A stretch of 64,000 nucleotides of DNA. Source: Felis catus (taxonomy: Eukaryota). Positions 27,161 to 39,288 of the stretch are shown in pieces. Under the pieces are notes generated by a model. That model ran no database searches and was not told the origin of the DNA. It saw nothing but the letters and a program-made list of their open reading frames with translations. The stretch spans positions 144,338,001-144,402,000 of the forward strand of contig NC_058368.1 of assembly GCF_018350175.1 (NCBI RefSeq), written 5' to 3'. The first letter of the stretch is position 1. Every line of letters begins with the position of its first letter. The position numbers and the translations under genes were made by a program.

Positions 27161-27728
27161 TTTTTTTTTTTTAGCCAATAATAATATTCTCATTTATTTA
27201 TTTATTAATCTACAAAAAGAATTGCTACATTGTATGGTAGTTCTTATTTTGTTTTTTTTTAAATATGAAATTTATTGTCAAATTGGTTTCCATACAACAC
27301 CCAGTGCTCATCCCAACAGGTTCCCTCTTCAATGCCCATCACCCACTTTCCCCTCCCTCCCACCCATCAACCCTCAGTTTGTTCTCAGTTTTTAAGAGTC
27401 TCTTATGGTTTGCCTCTCTCCCTCTCTTTTTTTTTTTTTTCTTCCCCTCCCCCATGGTCTTCTGTTAAGTTTCTCAGGATCCATGTAAGAGTGAAAACAT
27501 ACGGTATTTGTCTTTCTCTGTATGACTTGTTTCACTTAGCATAACACTCTCCAGTTCCATCCACGTTGCTACAAAAGGCCAGATTTCATTCTTTCTCATT
27601 GTCAAGTAGTATTCCATTGTGTATATAAACCACAATTCTTTATCCATTCATCAGTTGATGGACATTTAGGCTCTTTCCATAATTTGGCTATTGTTGAAAG
27701 TGCTGCTATAAATATTGGGGTACAAGTG
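27161..27728 (-). mobile_element. 5'-truncated young felid L1 with a 3' transduction
   Basis: L1 ORF2 end and 3' UTR at 27261-27728, first A-tail at 27247-27260, 74 nt of extra sequence, second A-tail at 27161-27172. TSD tgttttgcctttttt. Confidence 0.9.
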
Positions 27729-27916
27729 TTTTGCCTTTTTTAAAAAGTTCTTACCACTTTTTGTTTTATAGTTATTGGTGTAAACCTCTGCCTCTCCTGT
27801 TGCCTAGTCCATTCCCAGAAGATGATTTTCATGTTTTGTACATTTCCCTTCCCCCTCCCCAAACCTGGAACTCTGCTTTGTACATATATAACAGACACTC
27901 AACAACAGGGCTATTG

Positions 27917-28488
27917 GACCTACCCTATGACCCAGCAATAGCACTGCTAGGAATTTATCCAAGGGATACAGGAGTACTGATGCATAGGGTCACTTGTACC
28001 CCAATGTTTATAGCAGCACTCTGAACAATAGCCAAATTACGGAAAGAGGCTAAATGTCCATCAACTGATGAATGGATAAAGAAATTGTGGTTTATATACA
28101 CAATGGAATACTACGTGGCAATGAGGAAAAATGAAATCTGGCCTTTTGTAGCAACGTGGATGGAACTGGAGAGTGTGATGCTAAGTGAAATAAGCCGTAC
28201 AGAGAAAGACAGATACCATATGGTTTCACTCTTATGTGGATCCTGAGAAACTTAACAGAAACCCATGGGGGAGGGGAAGGGAAAAAAAAAAAAAAAAGAG
28301 GTTAGAGTGGGAGAGAGCCAAAGCATAAGAGACTGTTAAAAACTGAGAACAAACTGAGGGTTGATGGGGGGTGGGAGGGAGGGGAGGGTGGGTGATGGGT
28401 ATTGAGGAGGGCACCTTTTGGGATGAGCACTGGGTGTTGTATGGAAACCAATTTGACAATAAATTTCATATATTAAAAAAAAAACAAA
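27917..28488 (+). mobile_element. 5'-truncated young felid L1
   Basis: ORF2 C-terminus (DLPYDPAIALLGIYP...), 3' UTR and A-tail. TSD aacagggctattg at 27904-27916 and 28489-28501. Confidence 0.93.
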
Positions 28489-30890
28489 AACAGGGCTATT
28501 GAATGAACTAATCTTTAAGTCAAGATCAGGCCAATAGAAGCTAATCCCATGGGCAGTGGGGAGTTGTTGAAGACTTACGAGTAGGAAGATGATGTGATCA
28601 GAGTTACTTACAGTTGAGGTTTCAGGAAGATTAATTTGGCCACACTTTGAAAGATGGATTATACAAAGGGATGATGTAATGCAGTTATTCTTGGGGAGAT
28701 CCTGAGCATCTTAATTAGACTGACAGAAATGGAAGTGGACAAGGGACAGAGGAGAGATGTTACAGGGTTAGAACTGACAGGCTTTGGTAACTACAGTGGA
28801 TGAAGAGTGATACATAAAGAACTAGAGACAAGGAGGCATCAAACCTCGGTGACCAAGAGAAGTGAATGGTGGTGTTTGTCAGTGACCCTAAGAAATTCAG
28901 GAAGGGGATCTGTTTTCAGAAGTGATCTTAACTTGTAACATGCAGCACAACTAGGAGGCTGCGTGATAAGATCGCCATTAAATTTCCGTGTCTTAAGCAG
29001 AAACTATAGACTGTTAGGAGACACTGGCTCAATAACAAGATCAAAACTCCAGTGTACTAAACACGCATTTTTCTTAAAACCTTACAGTGTACTTGAGTTT
29101 TATGCTAGGCCTTAGGGATACAAAGCCGAATGAGACCACGTTACCTGCCCTCAAGAAACTCACGTGTGATAAGGACAATCCATGGAGGCACAAGGCATTC
29201 CATTGCTGTAAGATCATGCAGTGCTTGAGAGGTGTTTGTGTATGTGTATTTATTTGCTTGCTCGTTCATTAATATTTATCCTGCCATCTTCCAGAAAGTA
29301 GATAAGTCAGTTTACAGAAGATTCCAAATAGTGTGAGTAAAAATGAGGATAAGGGCTTAAGATGGAGCCATAAATGAAGCTTACAATATTTATCACATAA
29401 TGACCAACACTGCTGTGGGGAAGCTATAGATTTGTCTCAAAGGTTTCCATGCAGGCAAACTTGTTCAGTTAAAATAGTTCATAGTACCTAGAAAAACAAA
29501 TGAATTACTTAAGAAACAGCTTTAAAAAACCTGTTTATTTTGTTAGACAACAATTTTTAGTGAAAAGACCAGCTAGTGGCTGACCTAGAAGGTACTCACG
29601 TGGACCGTGAGCTTTTTCCTCCATGCTGCTGCCATGATAGCATGCCTTTATCTTGTGAGCCAGGAGCAGCCTTGAGGAGCTGGACTGGTTACTAGTCACC
29701 GCATAAGGGAGAAACTAAGCTGTAAACCTTGCGAACACCAAAGTCATTGTTTCAGTATAGTGGTTTTCATTCTGAATTAACTTCCTTAAACACACCCATT
29801 TTTTTCAGCTACTTGGGAATACATTTTACCATTACCTGGTACTGGTGGGCCCATCCAGAGGTAGTATTACATGAAAGAAAGAATATTCTTGTTACAATAA
29901 CAAAAAAGAGCTGGTTACAAAACCTGGCATTCTGTTTGATTTCACTTTTGTAGGAGAAATTATATATGTAAATATATGCAGAGAAAATCATCTAAATAGA
30001 AGGCTATATTCCAAAATATCATGAGGGAGATGGGATTGTGGTGAATGTTCTTTTCTTCTGCTTATTAATATTTTTAAAATTCTAAAATAAACGTAAGAAA
30101 GATACAACCTCAGATTAAAGGCAGTATCAGTCAAAATAAGATGTTTTATAGGAGTCTTGTGAAATGCGTATATGGTCACTGTCTGAGAACACTTTTTTCC
30201 AGGGCAAATTTCTCTTCCCTACTCAGTAGCATGGCATTTGGACTTCTAAGCCTGAACATTCCCAGGTACTTCAGCATATCAGAGCTTACTTTTCCAAAAA
30301 GTTTCTAACCCAGCCTGTATGTAACCTTATTTCTTCCTCCTTTAGTGATGGTTTTCTTGTCTGGATCAATATAGAAGATTGGTGTCTTTAATTTTCATAA
30401 CACACATATTATCATTTGCACACGGAACATCTAGAAACAGTGAGTTTTAACCCTTAATGTACATTGGACTTTTTTTTCAATGGAGCTTTAAAAAATACTG
30501 ATACTTGGACCCTAAACTCAGTAGTTCTAAGTTGGACGGGGATCTGGAAGTTGACACTTTTGTAAGTGTCCAGACAACTTTGGAGTGCAGCCGAGAAGCA
30601 TTTCCACTGCCCTTGCTGGAGAGCTCAGTTGTTTAATTATAAAAATAATAGATCCTATTATGAAAACAATTGAACAGTATGATAGGGTATAAACTAACTT
30701 TTACCTTCTCCCCAAGTCAACAACTATTGATGATTCTTTGTATAATTTTCCACCAATTTACAGGTATACATAAATCTTCTCTTATATAAATGGTATTATA
30801 TTAAACATTATGCTGTGCAGCTTCCTTTAATTTCCTAATATGTGGGGGACATATTTCTCTATCACTTCATGCAGATTACTCTCACATGTT

Positions 30891-31090
30891 TTTTTTAATG
30901 TTTTATTTATTTTTTGAGAAAGAGAGAGAAAGGGAGGGAAGGGGCAGAGAGGGAGACACAGAATCCGAAGCAGGCTCCAGGCTCTGAGCTGTCAGCACAG
31001 AGCCTGATGGTGGGCTCGAACCCACGAACTCTGAGATCATGACCTGAGCTGAAGACAGACACTTAACCGACTAAGCCACTCAGGTACCCC
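30891..31090 (-). mobile_element. SINEC (first of a tandem pair)
   Basis: Flanked by tc(a/g)catgttt. Confidence 0.9.
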
Positions 31091-31100
31091 TCGCATGTTT

Positions 31101-31292
31101 ATTTTTTTTAATGTTTGTTTATTTATTTTAAGAGACAAAGAGCACACACAAATGGGAGAGGCAGAGAGAGAACAGGCTGCACGCTGTTAGCACAGAGCCC
31201 TACGTGGCACTCAGACTCACAAACTGCGAGATCATTACCTGAGCCAAAATTAGGAGTTGGACACTCAACCTACTGAGCCACCTAGGTGCCCC
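31101..31292 (-). mobile_element. SINEC (second of the tandem pair, older type)
   Basis: Flanked by tcgcatgttt. Confidence 0.88.
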
Positions 31293-31684
31293 AGTCTCGC
31301 ATGTTTTAATGGCTGCACTGGATCTGCTGTGCAGAGATTCCTTGTTTCTTTAACCTCAGAGACCTCCATCTGGGATGCACTGCTTTAGTGTAAGGACCCT
31401 GTTCCCTGTCTTTTCTTCTGTTCTTATTCCCTTTCCTGTTATAATTGAAAGGAGTCTGCATGGACCACATTCATTTATATCCTAGATCCTTACTAGAATA
31501 TGGTCTAATATTATGCTGTTAGAGTTTTCATTCATTTATTGTGAAATAATTCAGACATAGGACAGTCCCATAGGTAAATACCACCCTAGTAAAGTAATAG
31601 AACATTTTGCCAATACTATTGAACCCGTAATCCTCCCTGATTCTTTTCCCCTCCACCCCATCTAGAGGAACTGCCCTTTTGTCT

Positions 31685-31852
31685 TTTGTTTAATGTTTAT
31701 TTAATTTGAGAGAAAAAGAGAGCACATGCTTTTTTAATGTTTATTTAATTTGAGAGAAAAAGAGAGCGGGGGAGGGGCAGAGAGGTTCAAACCTTGAACC
31801 TGAGCCAAAATCAAGAGTTGGGCCCTTAACCAACTGAGTCACCCATGTGCCC
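31685..31852 (-). mobile_element. Rearranged SINEC (duplicated tail, internal deletion)
   Basis: 35-bp exact repeat of the tail region; TSD ggaact(g/a)cc. Confidence 0.8.
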
Positions 31853-33246
31853 TGGAACTACCTTTCTTGACTAGTTTTCATCCCATGCATTTCTCTATAT
31901 TTTTACTCCCTGGGTATGTTTTTTGAGGAACACTTTCTACGTATCACACCACACTGTGTATTCTTTTGCACTTGGCTTCCCCCTCCCATGTTATATTTAT
32001 GAAATTCACCCATATGGATATGTGTAATTCTAGTTTACTCATTTTTCTATAATTATGGTATTCTATTGTATGCATCTACCACAGTTTATCCATTTTCCTT
32101 GAGTGGTATTTAACATGATTCAAATTTGTTGCAAATGCAAACAATACTGATACTTGTCTTACATGTGTTTTCTGGTGCGTATGAACGAGTTTTCTGAATT
32201 GAGGCTATCATTTAGGAGTGGGACTGTGGAGTGTAAGGAATGTGCATCTTTTTTGTTCTTCAAGGGGGCTGGAGCAGTTTAGAATCCTGCTGGCCGTGGG
32301 TAAAAGTTTGTACTTGTGCTTTAAAATTAAAGTAGACATACCCATTTGATGATGTTTCTATATAGTCTCCAGAATTGCTCATAAAGAGATTTTCATTTTT
32401 ATTTACTGACCTTTACATGGAGTGCCATCAGATAAGTCATTTTTTGTTCATGCTAGGAAATTGTTTTCCCTCCATGTGCATGCTGTGCCTGTTTACAGAA
32501 AGAGTTGAAGCAATTTATTGGCCTTCTCTGACAAACTGCCAGGCCTCCTGTCATCAGCCAATGGCTGCTTCCTCTTTAATTCCTTTTTGTCTTGCCTGCC
32601 AAGAAAGCAAGAGCTAAATTCAAGGCTCAGGTGCAGAAACAAATTTGGTTTAATTTTCCCCCTTCTCTTCTTGCATGGGAGTATTTCTCTAACATGGTTC
32701 TTATAACAGCTTCATGAGAACCATAGAGATACTTGTTTATGATTAATGTTTAAAACTTTCTAAGCCCTGTATCAGAGACCTATTAAATTGGAATTGCAAG
32801 GATGAGACCGCAAAATTAGCATTTTCAAAGCTCATGCACAAATATGCTGTCTCAAATGTGAGGACGTACTGTATGGCTTAAAATCTTAGTTTCATATTCA
32901 TTGTAGTTCTTCCACCATAAATATGTTGTTATTGTAAATCATTTCAAATTTTTTTTGTACTCAATGTAAGAAATATTGGAAGTCTAGCAGAGTGAGAAAT
33001 ATGCATAAAATTTGTCTCCAAATTTTATCTTTAAATTGGTTATTTTCATATTAATGATTGAACATTTACAGCACTGGGTTTAAATTCATTAATTGCATAA
33101 ATACTCATCGAGTGCCTACTATGTGCTGTGCACTGTGCCATGAGAAGAATAAATAAATTTTTGAAAAGCTGCAAACAGACCGGATGCTTTAGGAATATTT
33201 TTTCTGAATGTTGTAAGAACATTACTTTTAAAAAGTCAAATTTTGG

Positions 33247-33925
33247 GCTCTTTCCATAATTTGGCTATTGTTGAAAGTGCTGCTATAAACATTGGGGTAC
33301 AAGTGCCCCTATGCATCAGCACTCCTATATCCCTTGGGTAAATTCCTAGCAGTGCTGTTGCTGGGTCATAGGGTAGGTCTGTTTTTAATTTTTTGAGGAA
33401 CCTCTCCACACTGTTTTCCAGAACGGCTGCACCAGTTTGCATTCCCACCAACAGTGCAAGTGGGTTCCTGTTTCTCCACATCCTCTCCAGCATCTATGTC
33501 TCCTGATTTGTTCATCAACTGATGAATGGATAAAGAAATTGTGGTTTATATACATAATGGAATACCACGTGGCAATGAGAAAGAATGAAATATAGCCTTT
33601 TGTAGCAATATGGATGGAACTGGAGAGTGTTATGCTAAGTGAAATAAGTCATACAGAGAAAGACAGATACTATGTTTTCACTCTTATGTGTATCCTGAGA
33701 AACTTAACAGAAGACCATGGGGGAGGGGAAGGAAAAAAAAAGTTAGAGAGGGAGGGAGGCAAACCATAAGAGACTCTTAAAAACTGAGAATAAACTGAGG
33801 GTTGATGGGGAGTGGGAGGGAGGGGAGGGTGGGTGATGGGCATTGAGGAGGGCACCTGTTGGGATGAGCACAGGGTTTTGTATGGAAACCAATTTGACAA
33901 TAAATTTCATATTAAAAAAAAAAAA
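33247..33925 (+). mobile_element. Young felid L1 with 5' inversion (33247-33515 minus, 33513-33925 plus)
   Basis: Two adjacent L1 segments in opposite orientation that are nearly contiguous in the L1 consensus. A-tail at 33914-33925. Confidence 0.9.
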
Positions 33926-33929
33926 GTGC

Positions 33930-34154
33930 GGGGCGCCTGGGTGGCTCAGTCGGTTAAGGGTCCGCCTTCGGCTCAGGTCATGATCTCGCGGTCCGTGAGT
34001 TCGAGCCCCGCGTCAGGCTCTGGGCTGATGGCTCAGAGCCTGGAGCCTGCTTCCGATTCTGTGTCTTCCTCTCTCTCTGCCCCTCCCCCGTTCATGCTCT
34101 GTCTCTCTCTGTCCCAAAAATAAATAAACGTTAAAAAAAAAAAAATTTTTTTTT
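33930..34154 (+). mobile_element. Young felid SINEC inserted at the L1 tail
   Basis: CpG-intact body; flanked by aaaaagtg on both sides. Confidence 0.94.
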
Positions 34155-34806
34155 AAAAAGTGGAATTTTGGCAAACATATACACTTGGCTCTAATTAGTA
34201 TTTATGTATTAGTGTTTGCATATATATTTATCAGTGAAATATTTCTAGACACTTATTTCTAAGGATCATTAACATCTTTGAGTGCATCCCTGGAATAAGA
34301 TCTCTTGTTTGTTATCCTGATAAATGTAGGCTTAAACCTTATTCACCTTTTTAGACTCAGTAATTAAGTTTTAGAAAAGCAATGAATTATTAAGTCTGGC
34401 TTGAAAAAAAAAGCAAAACACTTGGCTTCTCTCAGCATAATTTATTGCCATTTATGTCATTTAAATGTTGGTAGAAAGGGATATTTACATTAAGTGGTCC
34501 TTGGTTAATAAGTTGCATGCCATGCTACCCATGTAAACCCTCTTATGGCCCCTCAGTTCAGGAAAGCTGTGTACTCACCAGTGTGTTTATTTTGAGAGAG
34601 AATTAAAGTGTAATAGGCGTTTGAATGCTTAACTTATTTCAGGTATTTGCATTTGTGAGGATGATAACTGATTTGTTTGTGCAGTTGAGTTTAAGTCCAC
34701 GAATATTGATTGAGCACCTACTGTGGAGTACTTGTACTCTATTAAATATGTATATAATGTATATTTATGTATATTTAATAGATATTTAACATGTATATAT
34801 ATCCTA

Positions 34807-34809
<3 letters not shown>

Positions 34810-34843
<34 letters not shown>

Positions 34844-34855
34844 TGTCTGTCTGTC
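34810..34855. repeat. (TG)n(TCTG)n microsatellite
   Basis: Seen directly. Confidence 0.95.
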
Positions 34856-36609
34856 CTCCTTAGACAGAAAGAAAACCCCTTGAATCAGTGCATGTCTTCT
34901 AGTTGGTAGTAAATACTAGCACTAAAAATCACACGATAAATGATATTTTACTAAATGAGTAGGCTGTTATGAATTCTATTGGCATCAAAAGTGTTGCCTG
35001 TGAGTATCTCTGTGGTTTATTTAGTTCCCGCAGCTGTGTTTGGCAAACAGGAGATGCCTCACTTCATCTTTTTGCTGGGAAGTGGTTGTATGAATTTAAT
35101 ACTTCAGAGTCACCTGAGGATTTGGTTTGGTTTGGTTTGAAATCCATATCCCAGGCAGTTCTCCTGAAGGCAGATCTCCTGGAGGTAGTGCTGTAATTAA
35201 TTGGTATGATGAGGGGGCTCTTAGACAGAGTCTGTCCATACTTAAGAACCTCTGCAAGTGACTCTAAAACATATCCAGATTTAGGAGCCATTGTTCAGTT
35301 TACAGAAGGGACAGCAGAATCCGAGAGATGGTGATTTGCCTGAGTTCTTAATGTGTATTTAATTATAAGGGGGCATCCTTTGGTTGTGTCAGGTTCCCCT
35401 TTAGTAATCTTATTAATTAATCTGATTAATCTTACCATGATGACTGATGAATCTTACCTTTCTTTTTATGGCCTTAATCATTTGTGGCTTTCACAGATAT
35501 GGTTACAGTTGGGAAATAACATTTTCTCTGTTAATTATTTCCTCTGAAATTCTTGGGACTTTCCCAAGGAGTGGACTTGAAGATGTGTTAGAGAGTAATT
35601 TGTCCAGTCAGCACTTCCTGGGGTCTCTTTGATAGGAAAATGCCTGTGCCCTTCCTAAGTGGCCTGCATGTGTTTGTAGATGTTTTCAGTGAACGTGGTT
35701 TCCTGAGAACCAACACAAGTTTGGCATTTTCCTGGATTGCCATCTCGATTCTCAGCAATGTTTCCATTGAAATCAAAAGATTGCTGCAGTGTTCTTTGTT
35801 TGGCTATATTTGCAGTTCAGTGCTACAAGTTGTATAAATTAATTTTAAATACTATAATGTGAACTGATTGCAACTGTTAGTAGAAACAATTATATTAAAC
35901 TTTCTTCTTTTATAATAATTTCATTGTTGCTAATAAAGTGATTGCTAAAAGAAAGCTGGTTTTTTAACCTGGTAATTACCATCTTTTTGCCTTGTCTCAA
36001 GATAATGATACAGTAAAGTATTTATCATTATCATTTGTGATTTTTAAAAATAAAATTTGTTTTCTAATTGCACTGTAAAGCTTGTTTGTTGTGCAAAATA
36101 TAAATATAGAAAAGCTCAAAAAAGAAATTTAAATCACCTGTAATTCTACTGCGTGGAAATCATTGTTGTTTAGGTATATGGCTTTCCAGACTCTTAAAAC
36201 GAATCCATGTAGTGCTAAAGCATTTCTGATTTCATTCCATTTCTGGGTTAATGTTTATGTTTAATTAAATGTAACACAGATCTGCTACTTCATATTTTTA
36301 TGACTTTTAAGAACTACGCAATATCTACACATCTTATAATAATTGGTATCTTTTTGTAGCTTTTTCCTTGGACTGTATTTTTTTTATTTCTACTTCTTAT
36401 ACTGCCCTTCTCAAAAGTTAGAATACTTTGTTATTTAGATTATTTCCCTTTTATAAATTTGCAAAATATAGAAAAAATAAAAGCTTAGACATGTAGACAG
36501 TACAGAATTCTGTTAACTCTTTAGCAAAGTGAAGTAAAGAGGAACATCTTCAATTTCAAAAAGAAGGCAAAGTAAGCTAACACAAAAGTCCTCCTCTGTA
36601 GAGCACTTA

Positions 36610-36900
36610 GAAGACAAGTAAGGTATTCCCCTTACATGAGGAAGCTGGAATAGGCAAACTCATAGGGACAAAAGGTAGAATAGAGATTACCACAGGCCTC
36701 ATGGGAAGGAGAGCATAGGGAGTTTGTTTTTTAATGAGTATAGAATTTCTGTTTTGGGGTATTGAAAAGGATCTGGTAATGGATAGTGGTGATGGCTGCA
36801 CAACATTCGAATGTGCTTAATGCCAATGACTTGTATACCTGAAAAATGTCAACTGGTTGTGTGTGTGTGTGCACGCACGTGCGCGCGTGCATATAACCAC
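36610..36900 (+). mobile_element. Old L1 3'-end fragment
   Basis: gtagaatagagattacc ... gatagtggtgatggctgcacaacattcgaatgtgcttaatgcca, typical of L1MA/L1MB 3' ends. Confidence 0.7.
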
Positions 36901-39109
36901 AATCTTGAAAGCACTCAAATGTGTCAGAAAGTCCTAATGCAATATAGTAATTGTTGCCTCTATGTAATAATTTTGATATTTAAGCTCTAGTACTGATCAT
37001 TCAATATGAAAAATTCTTTTTCTTTGTTTATTGCAGTACTTCTCCCTTTTGCTAGCATTTTCCTTGTGTAAGACCCAGAAATTGTGATTTGAGGGGACAG
37101 AGGTCCAGCCCATTAGCTACCATTGAAAAACATCTAGAATGTTATCTCAAAATATCAAGATCTCATAAAAACAAATTCTTGTTCAAATTTTCATGTAAGT
37201 GTTCTTTATTTTAGAAACTGATACAAAAAAGTATTAATTTCTTTTCTCCATTAATGCTTTATTAAGCTTTGTTGACCTATATAAGGGTAATAGGCGAGGA
37301 GGGAGTAGGGGATTAGAAAGATTAGTCAGCCGCCACTCCTAAAAATATCAGAGTGATTTTTTTTCTTAATCACATAACTGTAACCTGTGTACTTGGAGCA
37401 AAATAACTCTAAGATGAAATCTAAAGAATGTGTTTTCCATTTTTTACTACTTTGAATATATAGACAGAATTATACTGATTGCATGTTCTAGAATTCCTTA
37501 AATCTCTAACCTATTTTAACATTTGGAGAATTTCAGAATCATTATCCAGTATTATGTTTTGTGAAATGCTCGTTGAATTAATAAGACGTTATAAAAACTT
37601 CTTTAATTTATACTATCTTCAAAAGTGTATTTTTGGTAATTTACTGGGATAAATACAATATAGCAGGATAATAAGAGATAGAATGGTATCTAAAGACACT
37701 GGAACCAAGAGAAAGTAAGTGTAGAAACATAAGATAAAGTGCGAGTTGTTACTTGTTATTATAAGGTGTTATTCAGTTATTAGTAATCATGATGAAAAGA
37801 AAAATGTGTTTAGTTATAAAATTCTGTGTCCATAAGAATTATATAAAGTCATTATACTGCTGAAATTTATTGGAAAAATAAATGGTATTTCTGAAGGGAA
37901 GTTAGCAGAAAATATTTTTATCAGTAAACCTTCCCCGTAGTTTTAAGCGTACACTTTGCATAGTAGCCTCAGTTACTGGTTAACAAGCTGGCATTTCTTC
38001 AGTGTCTGCTGGGCAGCATTGTTACTTGATCATCATGTGCTGAGGAAAAATAGAATTGTAATAGACAATTTGTTGCCTCCTAAGGCAGTGACTTTCAAAC
38101 TGTTGTACAGGGTGTTTAGAGTCCCCCAAAGCCCCCTCTGGATGAGGAAAAGATGGCCTAATAGTGCTGTGTCTTGACCAAATCAGCGCTCCTTTTATCT
38201 AATCTGTGGTGAGTTTCTTTGTGAAATTTAATTTGAGCTAGGGATTTAATGGATAAAAAGATATTTGAAAATCACTGGCCTAACAGTAGAGTTAGGACTG
38301 TTGCATAATAAAAATACATCTAAGAGCCCCTGAAATCTGGTCTCCTCTTCTTAAGGACAGAAATACCATGAGGCACGCTGGGTAATTCAGCTCCAAGCCA
38401 GAAACCTGAAGCCTGTGTATTTTTTTCTTCTCTGTCACAAATTCACTATGTCACCTTGGGAAAGTCACTTGATATCCGAAGTGTTTGCCCTCAAGTGTTA
38501 AATGGCGGTGTAAAATGATTACTACCAATTTGGCCAGCAGCACGACTTTTTTGACTCTTTTGGCTTGCTGATAGGAAATGCTTTGCTATCATACAGGCTC
38601 TTCCTTTCTGTCAAAGTGGAAGGGACCATTGGAGAAAGAAGTGGCCCAGTTCTCTGTAGGGAATGTGAACGTAAGAAAAAAACATTAGTGGAAGGGAGAG
38701 TAAATCTGTCTGTACCAATCATATTTTGGTGTGTACATCCCTTCTAGTCAGACTGGTCCCATAGGACAAATTCAGTGAGAGCAGAAGCTTTGGATAAAAG
38801 GTGACTGAGAGGTTATCTGGGCCCTGATGCTAAGATCAATAGAGAACAATTTGTGGTCATCAGTGATAAAATCTAAGTGGGTCAGGATGGAGAATGGGTG
38901 ATCTGTTAGTTTTGTCAGTTAGAAAGGCCCTGAAGACCTTAGCAAGGGTAAAGGGTAGTTTGGATAAGCACAAAGTAAATAGCATTTTAAAAAATTAATC
39001 TTCACCAGCATGGCTTGACTTTACCACTAAAAATTTAGCATAGCTTAAGCATTTGTACATCATATAGGTTATAATGAACAGTAAAATTTGGACTTACTCT
39101 TGTATTTAT

Positions 39110-39288
39110 TAATTTTTAAATATTTTATTTTGGGGGGGGAAGTGGCAGATAGAGAGTGGGACAGAGGATCCAAAGTGGGCTCTGTGCTGACAGCAATAAG
39201 CTCAACGTGGGGCTCAAACTCACGAATTTTGAGATCATGACATGAGCCGAAGTCAGATGCTCAGCTGACTGAGCCACCCAGGTGCCCC
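39110..39288 (-). mobile_element. SINEC
   Basis: Antisense body ending ccaggtgcccc. Confidence 0.87.
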
